From Macrostomum lignano (lineage: Eukaryota), in the NCBI GenBank assembly GCA_002269645.1, contig NIVC01001388.1:1-64000 (forward strand): a stretch of DNA of 64,000 nt, given 5' to 3'. Each line of letters begins with the position of its first letter. Positions within the stretch are counted from its first letter, which is position 1. Shown piece after piece: positions 41,930 through 55,873 of this stretch. Both the position numbers and the translations under genes were made by a program. The notes under the pieces were generated by a model. It had not been told where the DNA came from and did not search any database. It saw nothing but the letters and a program-made list of their open reading frames with translations.

Positions 41930-42951
41930 CAGTGACATTCCAGTGCCATTATCAAGCATTGGATAGTGAGTTTCAAGTGCCATTATCAAGCATTGGATAG
42001 TGACATTCCAGTGCCATTATCAAGCATTGGATAGTGACATTCCAGTGCCATTATCAAGTATTGGATAGTGACATTCCAGTGCCATTATCAAGCATTGGAT
42101 AGTGAGTTTCAAGTGCCATTATCAAGCATTGGATAGTGGCATTCCAGTGCCATTATCAGGCATTGGATAGTGACATTCCAGTGAAATTATCAGGCATTGG
42201 ATAGTAGCATTCCAGTGCCATTATCATGCATTGGATAGTGAGTTTCAAGTGCCATTATTAAGCATTGGATAGTAGCATTCCAGTGCCATTATCATGCATT
42301 GGATAGTGAGTTTCAAGTGCCATTATTAAGCATTGGATAGTAGCATTCCAGTGCCATTATCAGGCATTGGATAGTAAGATTCCAGTGCCATTATCAAGCA
42401 TTGGATAGTGAGATTCCAGTGCCATTATCAAGCATTGGATAGTGAGATTCCAGTGCCATTATCAAACATTGGATAGTGAGATTCCAGTGCCATTATCAAG
42501 CATTGGATAGTAACATTCCAGTGCCATTATCAAGCATTGGATAGTGAGATTCCAGTGCCATTATCAAGCATTGGATAGTGAGATTCCAGTGCCATTATCA
42601 AGCATTGGATAGTGAGATTCCAGTGCCATTATCAAGCATTGGATAGTAACATTCCAGTGCCATTATCAAACATTGGATAGTGAGATTCCAGTGCCATTAT
42701 CAAACATTGGATAGTGAGATTCCAGTGCCATTATCAAGCATTGGATAGTGAGATTCCAGTGCCATTATCAAGCATTGGATAGTGAGATTCCAGTGCCATT
42801 ATCAAACATTGGATAGTGAGATTCCAGTGCCATTATCAAGCATTGGATAGTGAGATTCCAGTGCCATTATCAAGCATTGGTTAGTGACATTCCAGTGCCA
42901 TTATCAAGCATCGGATAGTGGTATTCCAGTGCCATTATCAGGCGTTGGATA
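41930..42951. repeat. 34-bp minisatellite (AGTGCCATTATCAAGCATTGGATAGTGAGATTCC)
   Basis: About 30 copies. Confidence 0.96.
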
Positions 42952-44069
42952 GTGAAGTTCTTGTGCAAATCATCGCAGACTCCTGCTCACGAGCCTTATC
43001 CCACTAAACAGTTGGTGCTGGAGAGATTTACTAATTTAGTTCGATTTGAGGTCACCCGCGAGGTCACATCAGCAGAATTACTTTGGATTCCCCCTATCTT
43101 CCACGAGCTCAGCTCTCGCAGTCCGCCTTATTGCGCAAGACCGGCAGATTACGCAATCCTGAAGTTTTCTTTTTGGACGCGAAATGCAATTTCGGGTTTG
43201 ATTGGATTTTCGCGGATGCCTTTGTGCTCCGACCGGCACTGGATCTTTTTTCTTTAACTCAATATTCTTTATCTCTCATGGGAGCTGCAGTTCTGGTAGA
43301 AGCATGCGTCAAACCTCGTGCGGTCAGAGTCGGGTCAGCAGCGGTCAGGTCAGCCTAAAACCAGCATCTTCCTCTGCTCAGTTCTCTTCATCTCATCCAC
43401 TGAGCCTCCGGCTGCAGTCACGAAATTTCCGGCTTTGAGACCTGAATTAGAATTAGCTGATTGATTGAAGCTTTGATGAGATGGACGGTGCTTTTGGGAC
43501 TGGTCTTGAGCGGATTAAAGCACTGAAGCAACCTTTTGTACATGTAGACCTCAACTTTCAGGTTCAGTCTTTTTGTGCCTTCATTAAAGTTGACAAAATA
43601 TTTGGATTTGCATCGATTTAATCGTGAACATTTTTGTCTTGGGCATCGCTGATGTTTTCATTTCTTTGCATTCGCCTTGAACTCGCGGCCTTCCTGCATC
43701 TGCAGAATTACAGTACTATAATGTACTACTCGCATTATCGCGGTTTGAGTAGTGCTGAAAGCGTGTTTTAGGCTGCTTTGCTATAATTTTGTTTCATTAA
43801 GTTCGTTAAGTTGAGTCAACACAACCTCACATCTTATATCTCAGATAGTTCATTTATTCCCCTCCACTGCCGGGATTGGAAGTTAGGAATTTTGTATTCC
43901 CCATGCATTGCCATGGACGAGTTATTTTTAAGGCCACTTGATGTTTCCCCTCAGAGGTCATCCAGGCTCAGGGCTCACTGTCTTAATCATCAACTCAAGT
44001 TACATGTACATGTAAAATATCCCATCTTGGATTTCGCAAGACCTGAGCACAGTAGGAACCATGGCTCGG

Positions 44070-44310
44070 CTTTAATTTTGGGGTGAACCAGGGCTCGGCT
44101 TTTGGAGTGAACCAGGGCTCGGCTTTTGGGGTGAACCAGTTCTCGGCTTTTGGGGTGAACCAGGGCTCGGCTTTTGGAGTGAACCAGGGCTTGATTCTTG
44201 GGGTGAATCATCAAAGCTCGGCTTTTGGAGTGAACCAGGGCTCGGTTCTTAAGGTGAATCAGGGCCGTTTTTGGGTGGTTCCCAGGGCTCGGTTCTTAAG
44301 GTGAATCAGC
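44070..44310. repeat. 24-bp minisatellite (GTGAACCAGGGCTCGGCTTTTGGR)
   Basis: About 9 decaying copies. Confidence 0.85.
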
Positions 44311-45234
44311 TAGGGCTCGATCTTGGGTGGCCCAAGGCCTCGCATTTTGTCTTTTTTGTGCTTAATTGACGCTATCCAGTGCGCGCAAGTCTCTTTTCTG
44401 ATGCACACTTTTTGTTGCACTACAAGCACGCAATGCTTTAGACGATCGCACCACCCTCATAAAATGGGGCCATTTCTGCGAAGCATGCATTTTCGTCTCT
44501 TTCTACATCAGTCATGTGATCCGATGGCTCATTTTCTGAGCATTTGCTGCCGCCAATGTCTTATAGTCCTCAACCCTTGGCTATTATTTCAGCCCAGACA
44601 ATTACCACCGGCCTCCGCTGCCCCTCCACAATTTGCAACAAGGAGTGTGCTATTTTCGTCTTTCACGCTTCTTTTTGATGGCTTTTTAGTGCTCTGGCTA
44701 AGCTCGGCTTGGCCATTGTTGGAAAATAGCGAATATGAAAGCATCTACGAGTAATAAATCTTTCAGTTTCGGTTTTGAGTTTCAATGGAACGCAGTGTAA
44801 CTACAGCGAAGAGCTTGTGCAATTGCTGACACAAAATGGCATAAAAAACTGACATTACTTTTCTAAAACTCGCATATTCTCACAACTTTACCTGCAAGAC
44901 ACTTCATTTTCAAGCTCATTCATTTTCAAAACCGAAACTCAGATTTATTAGATGCTCTCATATTTTCTATTTTTGAAGAATAGCTCAGCCGTCGAGCATT
45001 CCAAAAGTACTAACAAAAAAGCCAGCCATTGCATAAGCTGAAGCCGCTTTAGTAATTCTGCCAAAAAAGGCATATATATAATTATAACTCGCTTTATATC
45101 TACGTATGACCACGTCATATGTGGTTGGCGCTCTTATTTATGTCTACAGAAAGAAGTCAGACAAATATTTAGGAGTTCCTCTGATGCTGCACTGTTTAAT
45201 GTCCAAGAAAATTCGGCACACGAATATGCACTCT

Positions 45235-47780
45235 TGGAGTGATTCTCATGCAGATTGAAGTGATTCTCATTCTCATGCAGATTGGAGTGATTCTCATGTA
45301 AATTGGAGTGATTCTCATGCAGAATGGAGCGACTATTATGTAGATTGGAAGGATTATCACGTAAATTGGAGTGATTCTCATGCAGATTGGAGTGATTCTC
45401 ATGCATATTGGAGTGATTCTTATGTAGATTGGAGTGATTCTCACACAGATTGGTGTCATTCTCACACAGATTGGCATGATTCTTATGTAGATTGGAGTGA
45501 ACTTCTCACACATAGATTGGAGTGATTCCCTCACACAGGTTGGAGTGATTCTCTCACAGGTTGGAGTGATTCTCTCACAGATTGAAGTGATTCTCACACA
45601 GGTTTGAGTGATTCTCATGTAGATTGGAAGGATTCTCATGTAGATTGGTGTACTTTTCTCATACAAATTGGAGTGCTTCTCACATACAGATTGGAGTGAT
45701 TCTCACATACAGATTGGAGTGATTCTCTTACAGATTGGAGTGATTCTCTTACAGATTGGAGTGATTCTCACGCAGATTGGAGTGATTCTCGTGCAGATTT
45801 GAGTGATTCTTATACAGATTGGAGTGGTTCTCATGCAGATTAGAGTGATTCTTATGCAGATTGGAGTGATTCTCACACAGATTGGAGTGATTCTCACACA
45901 GATTGGCGTGATTCTCACACACAGATTGGAGTGATTCCCTCACACAGGTTGGAGTGATTCTCTCACAGGTTGGAGTGATTCTCTCACAGATTGAAGTGAT
46001 TCTCACACAGGTTTGAGTGATTCTCATGTAGATTGGAAGGATTCTCATGTACATGTAGATTGGTGTACTTTTCTCATACAGATTGGAGTGATTCTCTCAC
46101 AGATTGGAGTGAGTCTCTCACAGATTGGAGTGATTCTCCCAGATTGGAGTGATTCTTATGTAGATTGTAAGGATTTTCACAGATTGGGGTGATTCTCCCA
46201 GATTGGAGTGATTCTTATGTAGCTTGGAAGGATTCTCATGTAGATTGGAGTGTTTCCCATGCAGATTTGAGTGATTCTCACAGGTTGGAGTGATTCTCCC
46301 AGATTGGAGTGATTCTTATGTAGATTGGAATGATTCCCATGCAGATTGGACTGATTCTCACAGATTGGAGTGATTCTTATGTAGATTGGAGTGATTCTCA
46401 CGCAGATTGGAGTGATTCTCACAGCTTGGAGTGATTCTTATGCAGATTAGAGTGATTCTTTTGCAGATTGAAGTGATTCTCATGCAGATTGGAGTGATTC
46501 TCATGCAGATTAGAGTGATTCTTATGTAGATTAGAGTGATTCTTATGCAGATTGAAGTGATTCTCATGCAGATTAGAGTGATTCTTATGCAGATTGAAGT
46601 GATTCTCATGCAGATTAGAGTGATTCTTATGTAGATTAGAGTGATTCTTATGTAGATTAGAGTGATTCTTATGTAGATTGGAATGATTCTCTCATACAAA
46701 TTGGAGTGATTTTCACACACAGATTGGAGTGATTCTCTCACACAGATTGGATTGATTCTCATATATTGGAGTGAATCTTATGTAGATTGGAGTGATTCTC
46801 ATGTAGATTGTAAGGATTCTTACAGATTGGAGTGAGTCTCCCAGATTGGAGTGATTCTCCCAGATTGGAGTGATTCTCCCAGATTGGAGTGATTCTTATG
46901 TAGATTGTAAGAGTTCTCACAGATTGGAGTGATTCTTATGTAGATTAGAGTGATTCTTATGTAGATTGGAATGATTCTCTCATACAAATTGGAGTGATTT
47001 TCACACACAGATTGGAATGATTCTCTCACACAGATTGGATTGATTCTCATATATTGGAGTGAATCTTATGTAGATTGGAGTGATTCTCATGTAGATTGTA
47101 AGGATTCTTACAGATTGGAGTGAGTCTCCCAGATTGGAGTGATTCTCCCAGATTGGAGTGATTCTCCCAGATTGAAGTGATTCTTATGTAGATTGTAAGA
47201 GTTCTCACAGATTGGAGTGATTCTTATGTAGATTGTAAGGATTCTTACAGATTGGAGTGAGTCTCCCAGATTGGAGTGATTCTCCCAGATTGGAGTGATT
47301 CTCCCAGATTGGAGTGATTCTTATGTAGATTGTAAGAGTTCTCACAGATTGGAGTGATTCTTATGTAGTTTGGAAGGATTCTTATGTAGATTGGAGTTGT
47401 TCCCATACAGATTAGAGTGATTCTCACAGATTGGGGTGATTCTTATGTAGATTGGAGTGTTTCCCATGCAGATTAGAGTGATTCTAACATATTGGAGTGA
47501 TTCTTATGTAGATTGTAAGGATTCTCACAGATTGGAGTGATTCTCCCAGATTGGAGTGATTCTTATGTAGATTGGAAGGATTCTCATGTAGATTTGAGTG
47601 TTTCCCATTCAGATTGGAGTGGTTCTTATGTAGCTTGGAAGGATTCTCATGTAGATTGGAGTGTTTCCCATTCAGATTGGAGTGATTCTCCCAGATTGGA
47701 GTGATTCTTATGTAGTTTGGAAGGATTCTCATGCATATTACAGTGATTCTCATGCACGTTGGATTGATTCTCTCGCACAA
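45235..47780. repeat. ~19-23-bp minisatellite (AGATTGGAGTGATTCTTATGT) with internal block duplications of roughly 410 and 290 bp
   Basis: Over 100 variable units; duplicated variant blocks near 45520/45930 and 46670/46960. Confidence 0.95.
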
Positions 47781-48327
47781 CAATTTTTGCGAATGATGAA
47801 ACTACTTTAACATGGATGAAAAAAGGCGTACAGAATGGGTAAAAGAGAGATGACAGCAGAAAGGGAGCAGAGAAGAGAGAAGAGAAGACGCGTTGCCATG
47901 GTGTCCCTGCCTACAGCAATAAATCTTAGCAAGTCTCTAATAAAAACGTTTTTAGCCCAGCGGTTGGGCTGAACTTCTCGCGGCATTGTGCAAGTATGGA
48001 TTCATCATTTCTCTGAAAAAGTCCGCCATCTGCACTCAAGGCGCTCTCCAACCGCAACTCTCTCTGGCCCGAAGCGCAGCCTTTCAAAGCATTCAAAGTA
48101 ATTGCAACCCCCCCCCAGTTGTCCTGCATTGCTGAGTAGGGGGGGGGGGCTGCGCCAGTTGCTAGGCACGCAGTAGCAACGGAGTAAGAAGATACAAAGG
48201 TGCTACTAACAGGGCCCTAGACTCTACCCTACACCCCAACCTGCCCTAAAGCGCAAGATTTGCAGTCTCTGACCAACCCACCCTCAGCCGCACGTTTTCC
48301 CGCGGGAGCGTGCCGCCCCAGCAAGTC

Positions 48328-48335
48328 TATATAAA
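48328..48335 (+). promoter_or_regulatory. TATA box of the Ly6-like gene
   Basis: TATATAAA in GC-rich context, ~100 bp upstream of ATG 48431. Confidence 0.65.
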
Positions 48336-48430
48336 GCCGCCCAAACTCGCGCTTCTCCGCTCCAGAGCGCGCCTTCTCCTGCATCTATTAATCGCCCAGA
48401 ATTAGTCAACCTTTACCAAGCAGCACCGAT

Positions 48431-49010
48431 ATGAACAAGTCCAGCTACATCTGCCTGGGACTGCTGGTCCTGGCCTCCATGATTGGTAAGTGACTGAATC
48501 ATGCAATGCACAGTTTCGCGCTGTCAATCGAAGGCACAGAATTTGAATCATTGTCAGTCAAAACTGCCCACCCGCAGGTGTCGGACACGCCATCAGCTGT
48601 CTGGCATACAGCCACTCGGGCATTTCCGACCTCCGCGGCACCCCCACTGTAGTGGAGTGCGGCAGCGCCGTCACCACCTGCAGCAAGACGAACTATAAGA
48701 TGTACTACACCGCTTCGAGCTTCACCTTTAAATCTAATAGCAGTGTTACTGTGAGTAGTAAATGCATGAGCTGATTGAATCTGTCTCAGAATTTTGGCCC
48801 CATCCAAAGCAGCTGCGAACTCAACCGCACTCGCATTCTCAGGTCTACTATGGCAGCTGCGGCGTCTGCTCTCCCAGCTTGCCATCCTCGTACACCTGCA
48901 CCACCTGCAGCACCGACCAGTGTAACTCCGCCTTTGCCGCTGTGCGCGCTGCCGCCCCGCTGACGCTGGCTCTGCCGCTGCTGATGGCCGCTGCCCTGCG
49001 CAGCTTCTAA
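48431..49010 (+). CDS. GPI-anchored Ly6/uPAR (three-finger, quiver/sleepless-like) protein, 3 exons, 131 aa
   Basis: Exons 48431-48485, 48578-48750, 48843-49010 (phases 1 and 0; donors GTAAG/GTGAG). Signal peptide MNKSSYICLGLLVLASMIGVGHA; 8 Cys in the mature domain ending CTTCSTDQCN; hydrophobic GPI-signal tail AAAPLTLALPLLMAAALRSF. Confidence 0.88.
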
Positions 49011-49424
49011 AAACAGCAAGCGAACTGGAGAGTTGGAGAGAATGAAACACTATGAAATATTCTACAAAAAATTGATAGCGTTCCCTGATACTCGAGATCG
49101 ACTTTTGCTGCACGAATCATATTCTCCAGTTTTTTACTATTTCGTAGCTTTCAAGTCGTTTTATGATTGAGTTTACTTGATTTGATTTCCTAAAACTCTC
49201 GTAAAATTTATCCTTGTATTCTTCTAAAAGCCTGATTTTTATCTAAAAATGAAATGTTCAATATAATCTCTTTTTCAAGCCAAATACAATACCAAACAGA
49301 CAGTCCGTCTCTTAAATAAAATTTTAGATATTTTCTGAATAATTAAACACTAAGTCTCAGAGTATTTGGCACGCTGTGAAGTTAATTTTCGAAAAAATGT
49401 GCACTGATAGTCAGTCGAGATTCG

Positions 49425-50297
49425 AGTGAATGTCAGGAGAGATTCGGAGTGAATGTCATGATATATTCGGAGTTAATGTCATGATATATTCGGAGTAAAT
49501 GTCATGATATATTCGGAGTGAATGTCAGGAGAGATTCGGAGTGAATGTCATGATATATTCGGAGTGAATGTCAGCAGAGATTCGGAGTGAATGTCAGGAG
49601 AGATTCAGAGTGAATGTCAGGAGAGATTCAGAGTGAATGTCAGGAGAGATTCAGAGTGAATGTCAGGAGAGATTCAGAGTGAATGTCAGGAGAGATTCAG
49701 AGTGAATGTCAGGAGAGATTCGGAGTGAATGTCAGGAGAGATTCAGAGTGAATGTCAGGAGAGATTCAGAGTGAATGTCAAGAGAGATTCAGAGTGAATG
49801 TCAGGAGAGATTCAGAGTGAATGTCAGGAGAGATTCAGAGTGAATGTCAGGAGAGATTCAGAGTGAATGTCAGGAGAGATTCGGAGTGAATGTCAGGAGA
49901 GATTCGGAGTGAATGTCAGGAGTGATTCGGAGTGAATGTCAGGAGAGATTCGGAGTGAATGTCAGGAGAGTTTCTTAGTGAATGTCAGGAGAGATTCGGA
50001 GTGAATGTCATGAGAGATTCGGAGTGAATGTCAGCAGAGATTCGGAGTGAATGTCAGGAGAGATTCAGACTGAATGTCAGGAGAGATTCGGAGTGAATGT
50101 CAGGAGAGATTCACAGTGAATGTCAGGAGAGATTCGGAGTGAGTGTCAGGAGAGATTCAGACTGAATGTCAGGAGAGATTCGGAGTGAATGTCATGAGAG
50201 ATTCAAAGTGAATGTCAGGAGAGATTTGGAGTGAATGTCAGGAGAGATTCGGAGTGAATGTCAGCAGAGATTCGGAGTGAATGTCAGGAGAGATTCA
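49425..50297. repeat. 23-bp minisatellite (GGAGTGAATGTCAGGAGAGATTC)
   Basis: About 37 copies. Confidence 0.96.
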
Positions 50298-50460
50298 AGT
50301 GGTAAATTTGAGATTTTTTGGCCACACTGGTCGGTTCATCTTTTTGCCGGCTCAAGGGAGCTGGCCCCCAACACGACCCCAATCGGAGTTGCTTTGGAGA
50401 TGCGTGGATTTCGCTGCTCAGTCGCTCAGACTTCTATTGCTCAGCCACTCTGTATGAGTT

Positions 50461-50672
50461 TGTAACGGTATTGGCGTCTTCGGCTTCAGGAATTTGAGCA
50501 GAGGACGCAGCGCTACTTTATTAAATCATGGCGACCTTAGTCTAATCTTAGAATCGCACCCGGAGTTCTCAACTCCTTTCTCTCTTACTTTTAGTAGGCA
50601 GGTTCTGAGTTTTTCTTCAGTATTTTATTCTGGCAGGGGATTTTCGACAAGTTTTTAGAGCGTACATTTACA
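50461..50672 (-). mobile_element. 3' LTR (212 bp) of a Gypsy element
   Basis: TGTAA...TTACA termini; minus-strand AATAAA at 50517-50522; preceded on the minus strand by a polypurine tract GGGGGAGA plus a short (TA)n, and by the pol C-terminal motif RRSERERRQPDFY (~50810-50860). Confidence 0.7.
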
Positions 50673-50947
50673 TATATATATATCTCCCCCAAGAAAAGCA
50701 CAAGGGGATAAAAAACCGAAAAAAACAAAAGTAAAACCATAAAAAAACTTCATGCAACACGAAAAAATCCCAATCAAGGTAGCAGAAAGAAAGCTCGTCA
50801 ACCGGTTGCCGTGTAAAAATCAGGCTGCCGTCGCTCCCTTTCCGACCGACGTACCGCGTTGCCGGATTCAGCCGCGTCCGGGTCGCGCAGCTGCTCCCAG
50901 GTGTTTGGGCCGACCGGCTGACCCACAGAATCCTCGACAGTCGTCCT

Positions 50948-52035
50948 CGGTGGTGTGTGTAGTAACCTACGGCCGGGGTTTCAGCCCGGCGAGGGCGGCC
51001 GACTCCAGAAAGGTGTACGCCTCGTCCACAAGTCACATGGGCGTCGGATTAGCAGGGCAATTTAAGAGATTGGCCACAGTTTGACGCTCTAGGCCGCAGA
51101 CCGGACAGACCGCAGCGTCGAGGACGTCCGGGGCCGGAGCCGGCGCCCATTCAGCGTTAAAATGCTCCGCGGTGAAAATGGAGGCTTTCATGAGCCTGCG
51201 CAGAGGCGGGAAGCTAGCTAGGTGGTGGCACCGATGTTCCGGGCGCCTAGTGCGGAGCTTGAACTGTAGCGCAAGGAGGCGGTTGTGCTGGCGGACGGTG
51301 AGCAGCTGGACTTCACTGTGTAGGTCAATTTCTGAAGTAAGGGCCGTGCAACCAGTGATGCAACGGATCGCCGCGTTCTGAGCAGGGTCCAGGACGACGT
51401 CGAGATAATAGGGCCCCAGACCGGCGCAGCGTAGTCGAGTAAACTTCTGCCAAGCGCTTTGAAGGTGGTCAGCTCCTTGCAGCAGCCCCAGGACGAGCCG
51501 GCAAGGCAGCGCAGCAGGCAGATTCTTTTCCGGGTTTTCTCCGCAAGGGTGGAGACATGCCTAGAGGAGAGTTTAGGGTCGAACGTCGGGCCCAGAATTT
51601 TAGGATAGAGGCCCTTGCGGCAGCTGGTTTGGACTGAGCAGAGTGGCCGTACATTTAGTGGTTGAAATCTGGAGCTTGCGCGACTCAAGGAAGGGAGCGA
51701 GATCGGCCAGGTAGCTATTAAGCTGCTGTTCAATGGAGTTGCAACTTGGGGACGAGACGGCAACGGTAAGGTCGTCTGCGTAGCCGATCAAGTTAGTAGC
51801 CGGATTGGCAGGCACAGGAGCTTTGGCCAGATAGAAGGCGAAAATTAGCGGGCTGATGGCGCTGCCTTGAGGTACTCCCATGCGGACCTGCCGCCACTTC
51901 GACCTAATGTCCCGCATGATGGTCCGAGCTTGTCGTCTAAGGATATAGTTGGCGAGCCAGGCCTTAATAGTACTCGGAAGATTCGACTCAACGAGGTCGG
52001 AGAGTAGTTCATAGTGGTCAACACAGTCGAAAGCC
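50948..52035 (-). mobile_element. 3' half of an I-group (Ingi/Vingi-like) non-LTR retrotransposon, decayed
   Basis: RT motifs AFDCVDH, GVPQGSAISP, YADDL; post-RT LAGSSWGC and LLDYAAPVW; C-terminal CPVCG...LLNCPANPTP. No RNase H between RT and the C-terminus; frameshifted. Confidence 0.8.
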
Positions 52036-53291
52036 ACCACCGAAGCATCCACACGAAGTCGCCGCCCGCGCCTTTCTGAGCCAGGTGATGCAGCGATTTG
52101 GCAATGTCAGAGAAGTTTGGCACAAACCTGCGGTAGAAGCTGAGCATGCCGAAGATGCGCCGAACATCCTCCTCGGACTGCGGCTCCGGCATCCGCCTGA
52201 TCGCCTCGACCTTCTCCGCGGCAGGTGCGATGCCGCTCTCAGAGACTTAGTGGCCCAGTTACGTGACGCTCCGGTAGGCGAAGAAGCCCTTGCCTGGGTT
52301 CAGCTTCAGCTTGGCAGACCGCAGTCGATGTAGCACCTTGGACATTGACTAAAAATGGCTCTCAAAGTCCCTGTTGAAGATGATCAGGTCATCAATGACC
52401 TCCTCCCAGCTCAGACCGGTCATGGTGAGCTCCATCATTCGCTGGTAAGTCGCAGGCGCGTTGCCGAATCCCATTTTGGGGAATTGCATCAGGCCGCTCG
52501 GAGTGTAGAACGCTGTCAACGGCCGATCCTCCTCTCTGACCTCCACCTGAAGGAAGCCTTGGCGCATGTCGATCGTAGAGAACCATGAGCAGCCAGCCAA
52601 GGAGTCGATTGCTTGGTGCAAATGCGGCAGCGGGTGGGCGTGCTTCACCGTGAGGTTGTTCAGCGCCCGCCAGTCGACACAGACTCGGATGTCATTATTC
52701 TTCTTTCTGACGATTATCAAGTTGCTCGCCCACGAGCTGGTGGAGGGCTCGATGACGCCATGTTGTCTCATCTGCCCCAGCTTCTCGGCCACCTGCCTCC
52801 TGAAGGCGTGAGGCACCCGCCGAGGCCGTTGGCGAATCGGGCGAGCGCCGTCGTCCAGCTCAATCTTGTGCTGCGCTGCGCTGCTCGTCCCAACGTCGAA
52901 TTCATGGACTGAGACCACGTCAGCAAATGCCCTCAACAGCCTCGACAGTCCGTTGCTGTCCTCCTCAGGCAGCTCCGGATTGATGTTGAACTTGTTTGGG
53001 AGATAGAATATTAACTTATTGATATTATTTGCATCGCGTGATTTAATGTACGTGCCTGTTTTTCAGTTCGCTATGCACACTGATCTAGCCCGTGCAGTGT
53101 TTCAAACCTCCTCCACACTGGCTGGCTGATAGTCTGACTGCAAATAAATATTAAACAATGATACAATGTTTCATGTTACATGTTCCATGTTTCATGTTAC
53201 ATGTTCATGTTCATGTTCATGTTACAATGTTTCAATGTTTCATTGTTTCTAAGTCAATGATACAATAAATATTAAACAATGAAATATTAAA

Positions 53292-55873
53292 CAATGGTCA
53301 ACAATGAAAAAAGGTTGGAGGTTTTTTAGCTGATTACGGGTAATTTTAATGCGCTGAATCCAAAAATTCCAGTGGTTTTGCTTCATCAGGTTGCATTGTT
53401 ATTCCACATCGATTGAAGTGGTAAAAAGCGCAAAATTGAAAAAAAATTGTTACTACAGCGACTCACGCTGATTTTCATGTTTTAAATATCGCTTTATACA
53501 GTATTTCCGACGTAAATAAGTATTAGGACTGCAATCAGCTATTATATTTCGTCGCATTTAGCAACCTTAGGCACTGAAGTGCACACAACCATACTAAAAA
53601 CAAGTATAAATGCAGAAAACAGGCAAAACGAAATTTTAAGCCTATGGCAAGGGCAGGCGTTTTCTTATGGCCTTCTGTGATGAATTTTGTCTGTCTGATC
53701 ACGCTTCAAGCACCAGCAGTAATCAGCCATCATTGCAGCATCCCATCTCCCTTGGTAACGCGTCTCCATCGTTTTGATGTCCTGGTGGAAGCGCTCTCCT
53801 TGTTCATCACTCATAGCGCCGAGGTTGTCCGGAAATCTCGAGAGGTGGGAATTCAGGTAATGCATCTTGATGCTCATATTGCACCCTAACCTGCAATATA
53901 CAGCCATCAAGTTTCCAACCAATTCCTGACTGTTGTCAGCTTTCCTATTTCCTAGAAAGTTGCTGATCACCTGGCAAAAAGCATGCCAGGCTGCCCTTTC
54001 CACATTCGTCATCGATCTCTCAAAATCGGCATCCCGCATCAATTACCGGATTTGCGGTCCATAAAATACGCCAGCCTTCTCAGCTTCTCCATAGTGAGTG
54101 ACGGAAATGCACGGCACAAATATTCGAAGCACTTTCCTTGCTTGTCGAGCGCTTTGGTGAATTGCTTGATGAGGCCCAATTTGATGTGTAGGTCTTGTTG
54201 CTGGATGTTGCTGGATGTTGTTGGATCACATTCTTGGCTTTGCAAGGCTCCAGATGCTCCCTGACAGGCCATTCCTTCTGAATGTAGTGCTTCTGCTTTG
54301 CACGGCTGTCCCACATGCACAAGAAACAGGGAAACTTGGTATAGCCTGACTGCTGGCCTAGTAGAAAATTTGCCATCTTCAGATCAACGCAAATTACTCA
54401 TTGGTGGTCGTGGTAGGCAATTTTTTGCAGAACATACTTGATCGCGTCGTATTGTTCCTTCAATGTCGTCGAATGATCCAGTGGTACTGATGGATAAATG
54501 TTGTTATTGTGCGAAGTACTTCATTAATGGGCCGTGCCTGTTGCGAAACGAGGTCACTCGGGCATCTCGAGCAAGAAGGTTCTTCGACTTCAGCCTGGAA
54601 GCCAGTAGCTCGCTGGCTTGCTTAGAAAGATGCAGATTGCGCAGCAAGTCATTCAGCTCTCCTTGCGAGAAAGTCTGAGGAGCACAGCTCTCGTCAGAAG
54701 GCAAGTAGGCGTCATCATAAGCGATTGCATCCCCGGTGTCGCATTCCATGTCATCTTCGCCGTCACTGATGTCTTGCAGCCCAGCATACGCAGGTACAGG
54801 AATTTCCTCACAGTGAAGGACTGGCTGACGCGCTGTTTCAAGGTCAGGGTATGTGAGAGTTATGCCGATTGTTGCGATTGATAATGTTCAGGCTGATGGC
54901 GCAAAAATAGCAGTCGCTGATGTGATTTGGTGTTCTCTCCACACCATCGGGATGCCGAACTTCATGCCTCTGCTCTTGCCTTTGGTCCACAGGCGAAGTG
55001 CCTCTTGCAGACAACATGAGGGGCCCATCGCTTGTCCTGGTCTGCAAGCTGCATCCCAAAGTATGACATATAGGCACGCTTAATGAATGGTGTTACAGAA
55101 TTCAATCGATGCTTGAGGTTTTACTTGCCACAAATGTAGCAGAATGAGTTTGGGTCGTTCCTACATGCTCGCCTAGCCGATGCCATGGTTCCAAATTCAA
55201 GGTGAGGGTAGCCAGCGCGCACAGTGGTGATAATTATAGAATTATTTGGCGATCACAAGTGCCTGCTTTTATAGGCGTATCATCAGCGGAAATACTGTTA
55301 GGCTGCACGTTCATTCAGCTGATGAATTTTTCGGCAGCCGTTAGACCTGCGCTTTCATGCACTTCGAAATGTAATGACGGGCCGGGGCTGCCCCTGAGGA
55401 CGCTGAGACCTGGGCCAAGCAGTCAAGATTAAATAACCACTTTTCAAAATTTTAGATTCATATTGATATCCCTAAGTGTTCATTCATGATTGCTTGGAAA
55501 TCGAGAAGTGAGCACTACTGTCCTTCATATAAATACCTCTTTTTTCAAATTTTACCTGTTTACCAAACGTGATCGTGGATACTCTAAAGTGCTTGTGGGA
55601 TTTTTTTGCGCTTTGACCGCCATTATTTGCCTCCTAAAAATCCCTTATCCCTTTGTGCGTTTGAATGCATTTTAAACTTGCAGATTGGTGTTCAACCTGA
55701 TTTTTGGAAAAAAAACATCAAATTTCTGCGATTTCATAAATTCAAATTTGCCAAAAAACTTGACCTGATTGAGCAAAATGAAGGTGATTTTTGGATTCAG
55801 CGCCTCAAAATTATCTAAAATCAGCTGAGAAAGTCTTGACCTTTTGAAAAAAAACATTTTTTGTTGGCCAGTA
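53292..55873 (-). mobile_element. TIR DNA transposon, probably Chapaev3-like (CMC group); transposase pseudogene 53665-55186
   Basis: Frameshifted transposase: CRNDPNSFCYICGK, DQDKRWAPHVVC, WREP..HISDCYFC, LLGQQSGYTKFPCFLCMWDSR, LHIKLGLIKQF, NFLGN...SDEQGERFHQDI. Termini CAATGGTCAACAA / TTGTTGGCCAGTA, plus subterminal inverted blocks AGCTGATT..TAATTTT...GCGCTGAATCCAAAAA at ~53328-53366 and ~55788-55826. No TSD recognised; the family assignment is from memory. Confidence 0.75.
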
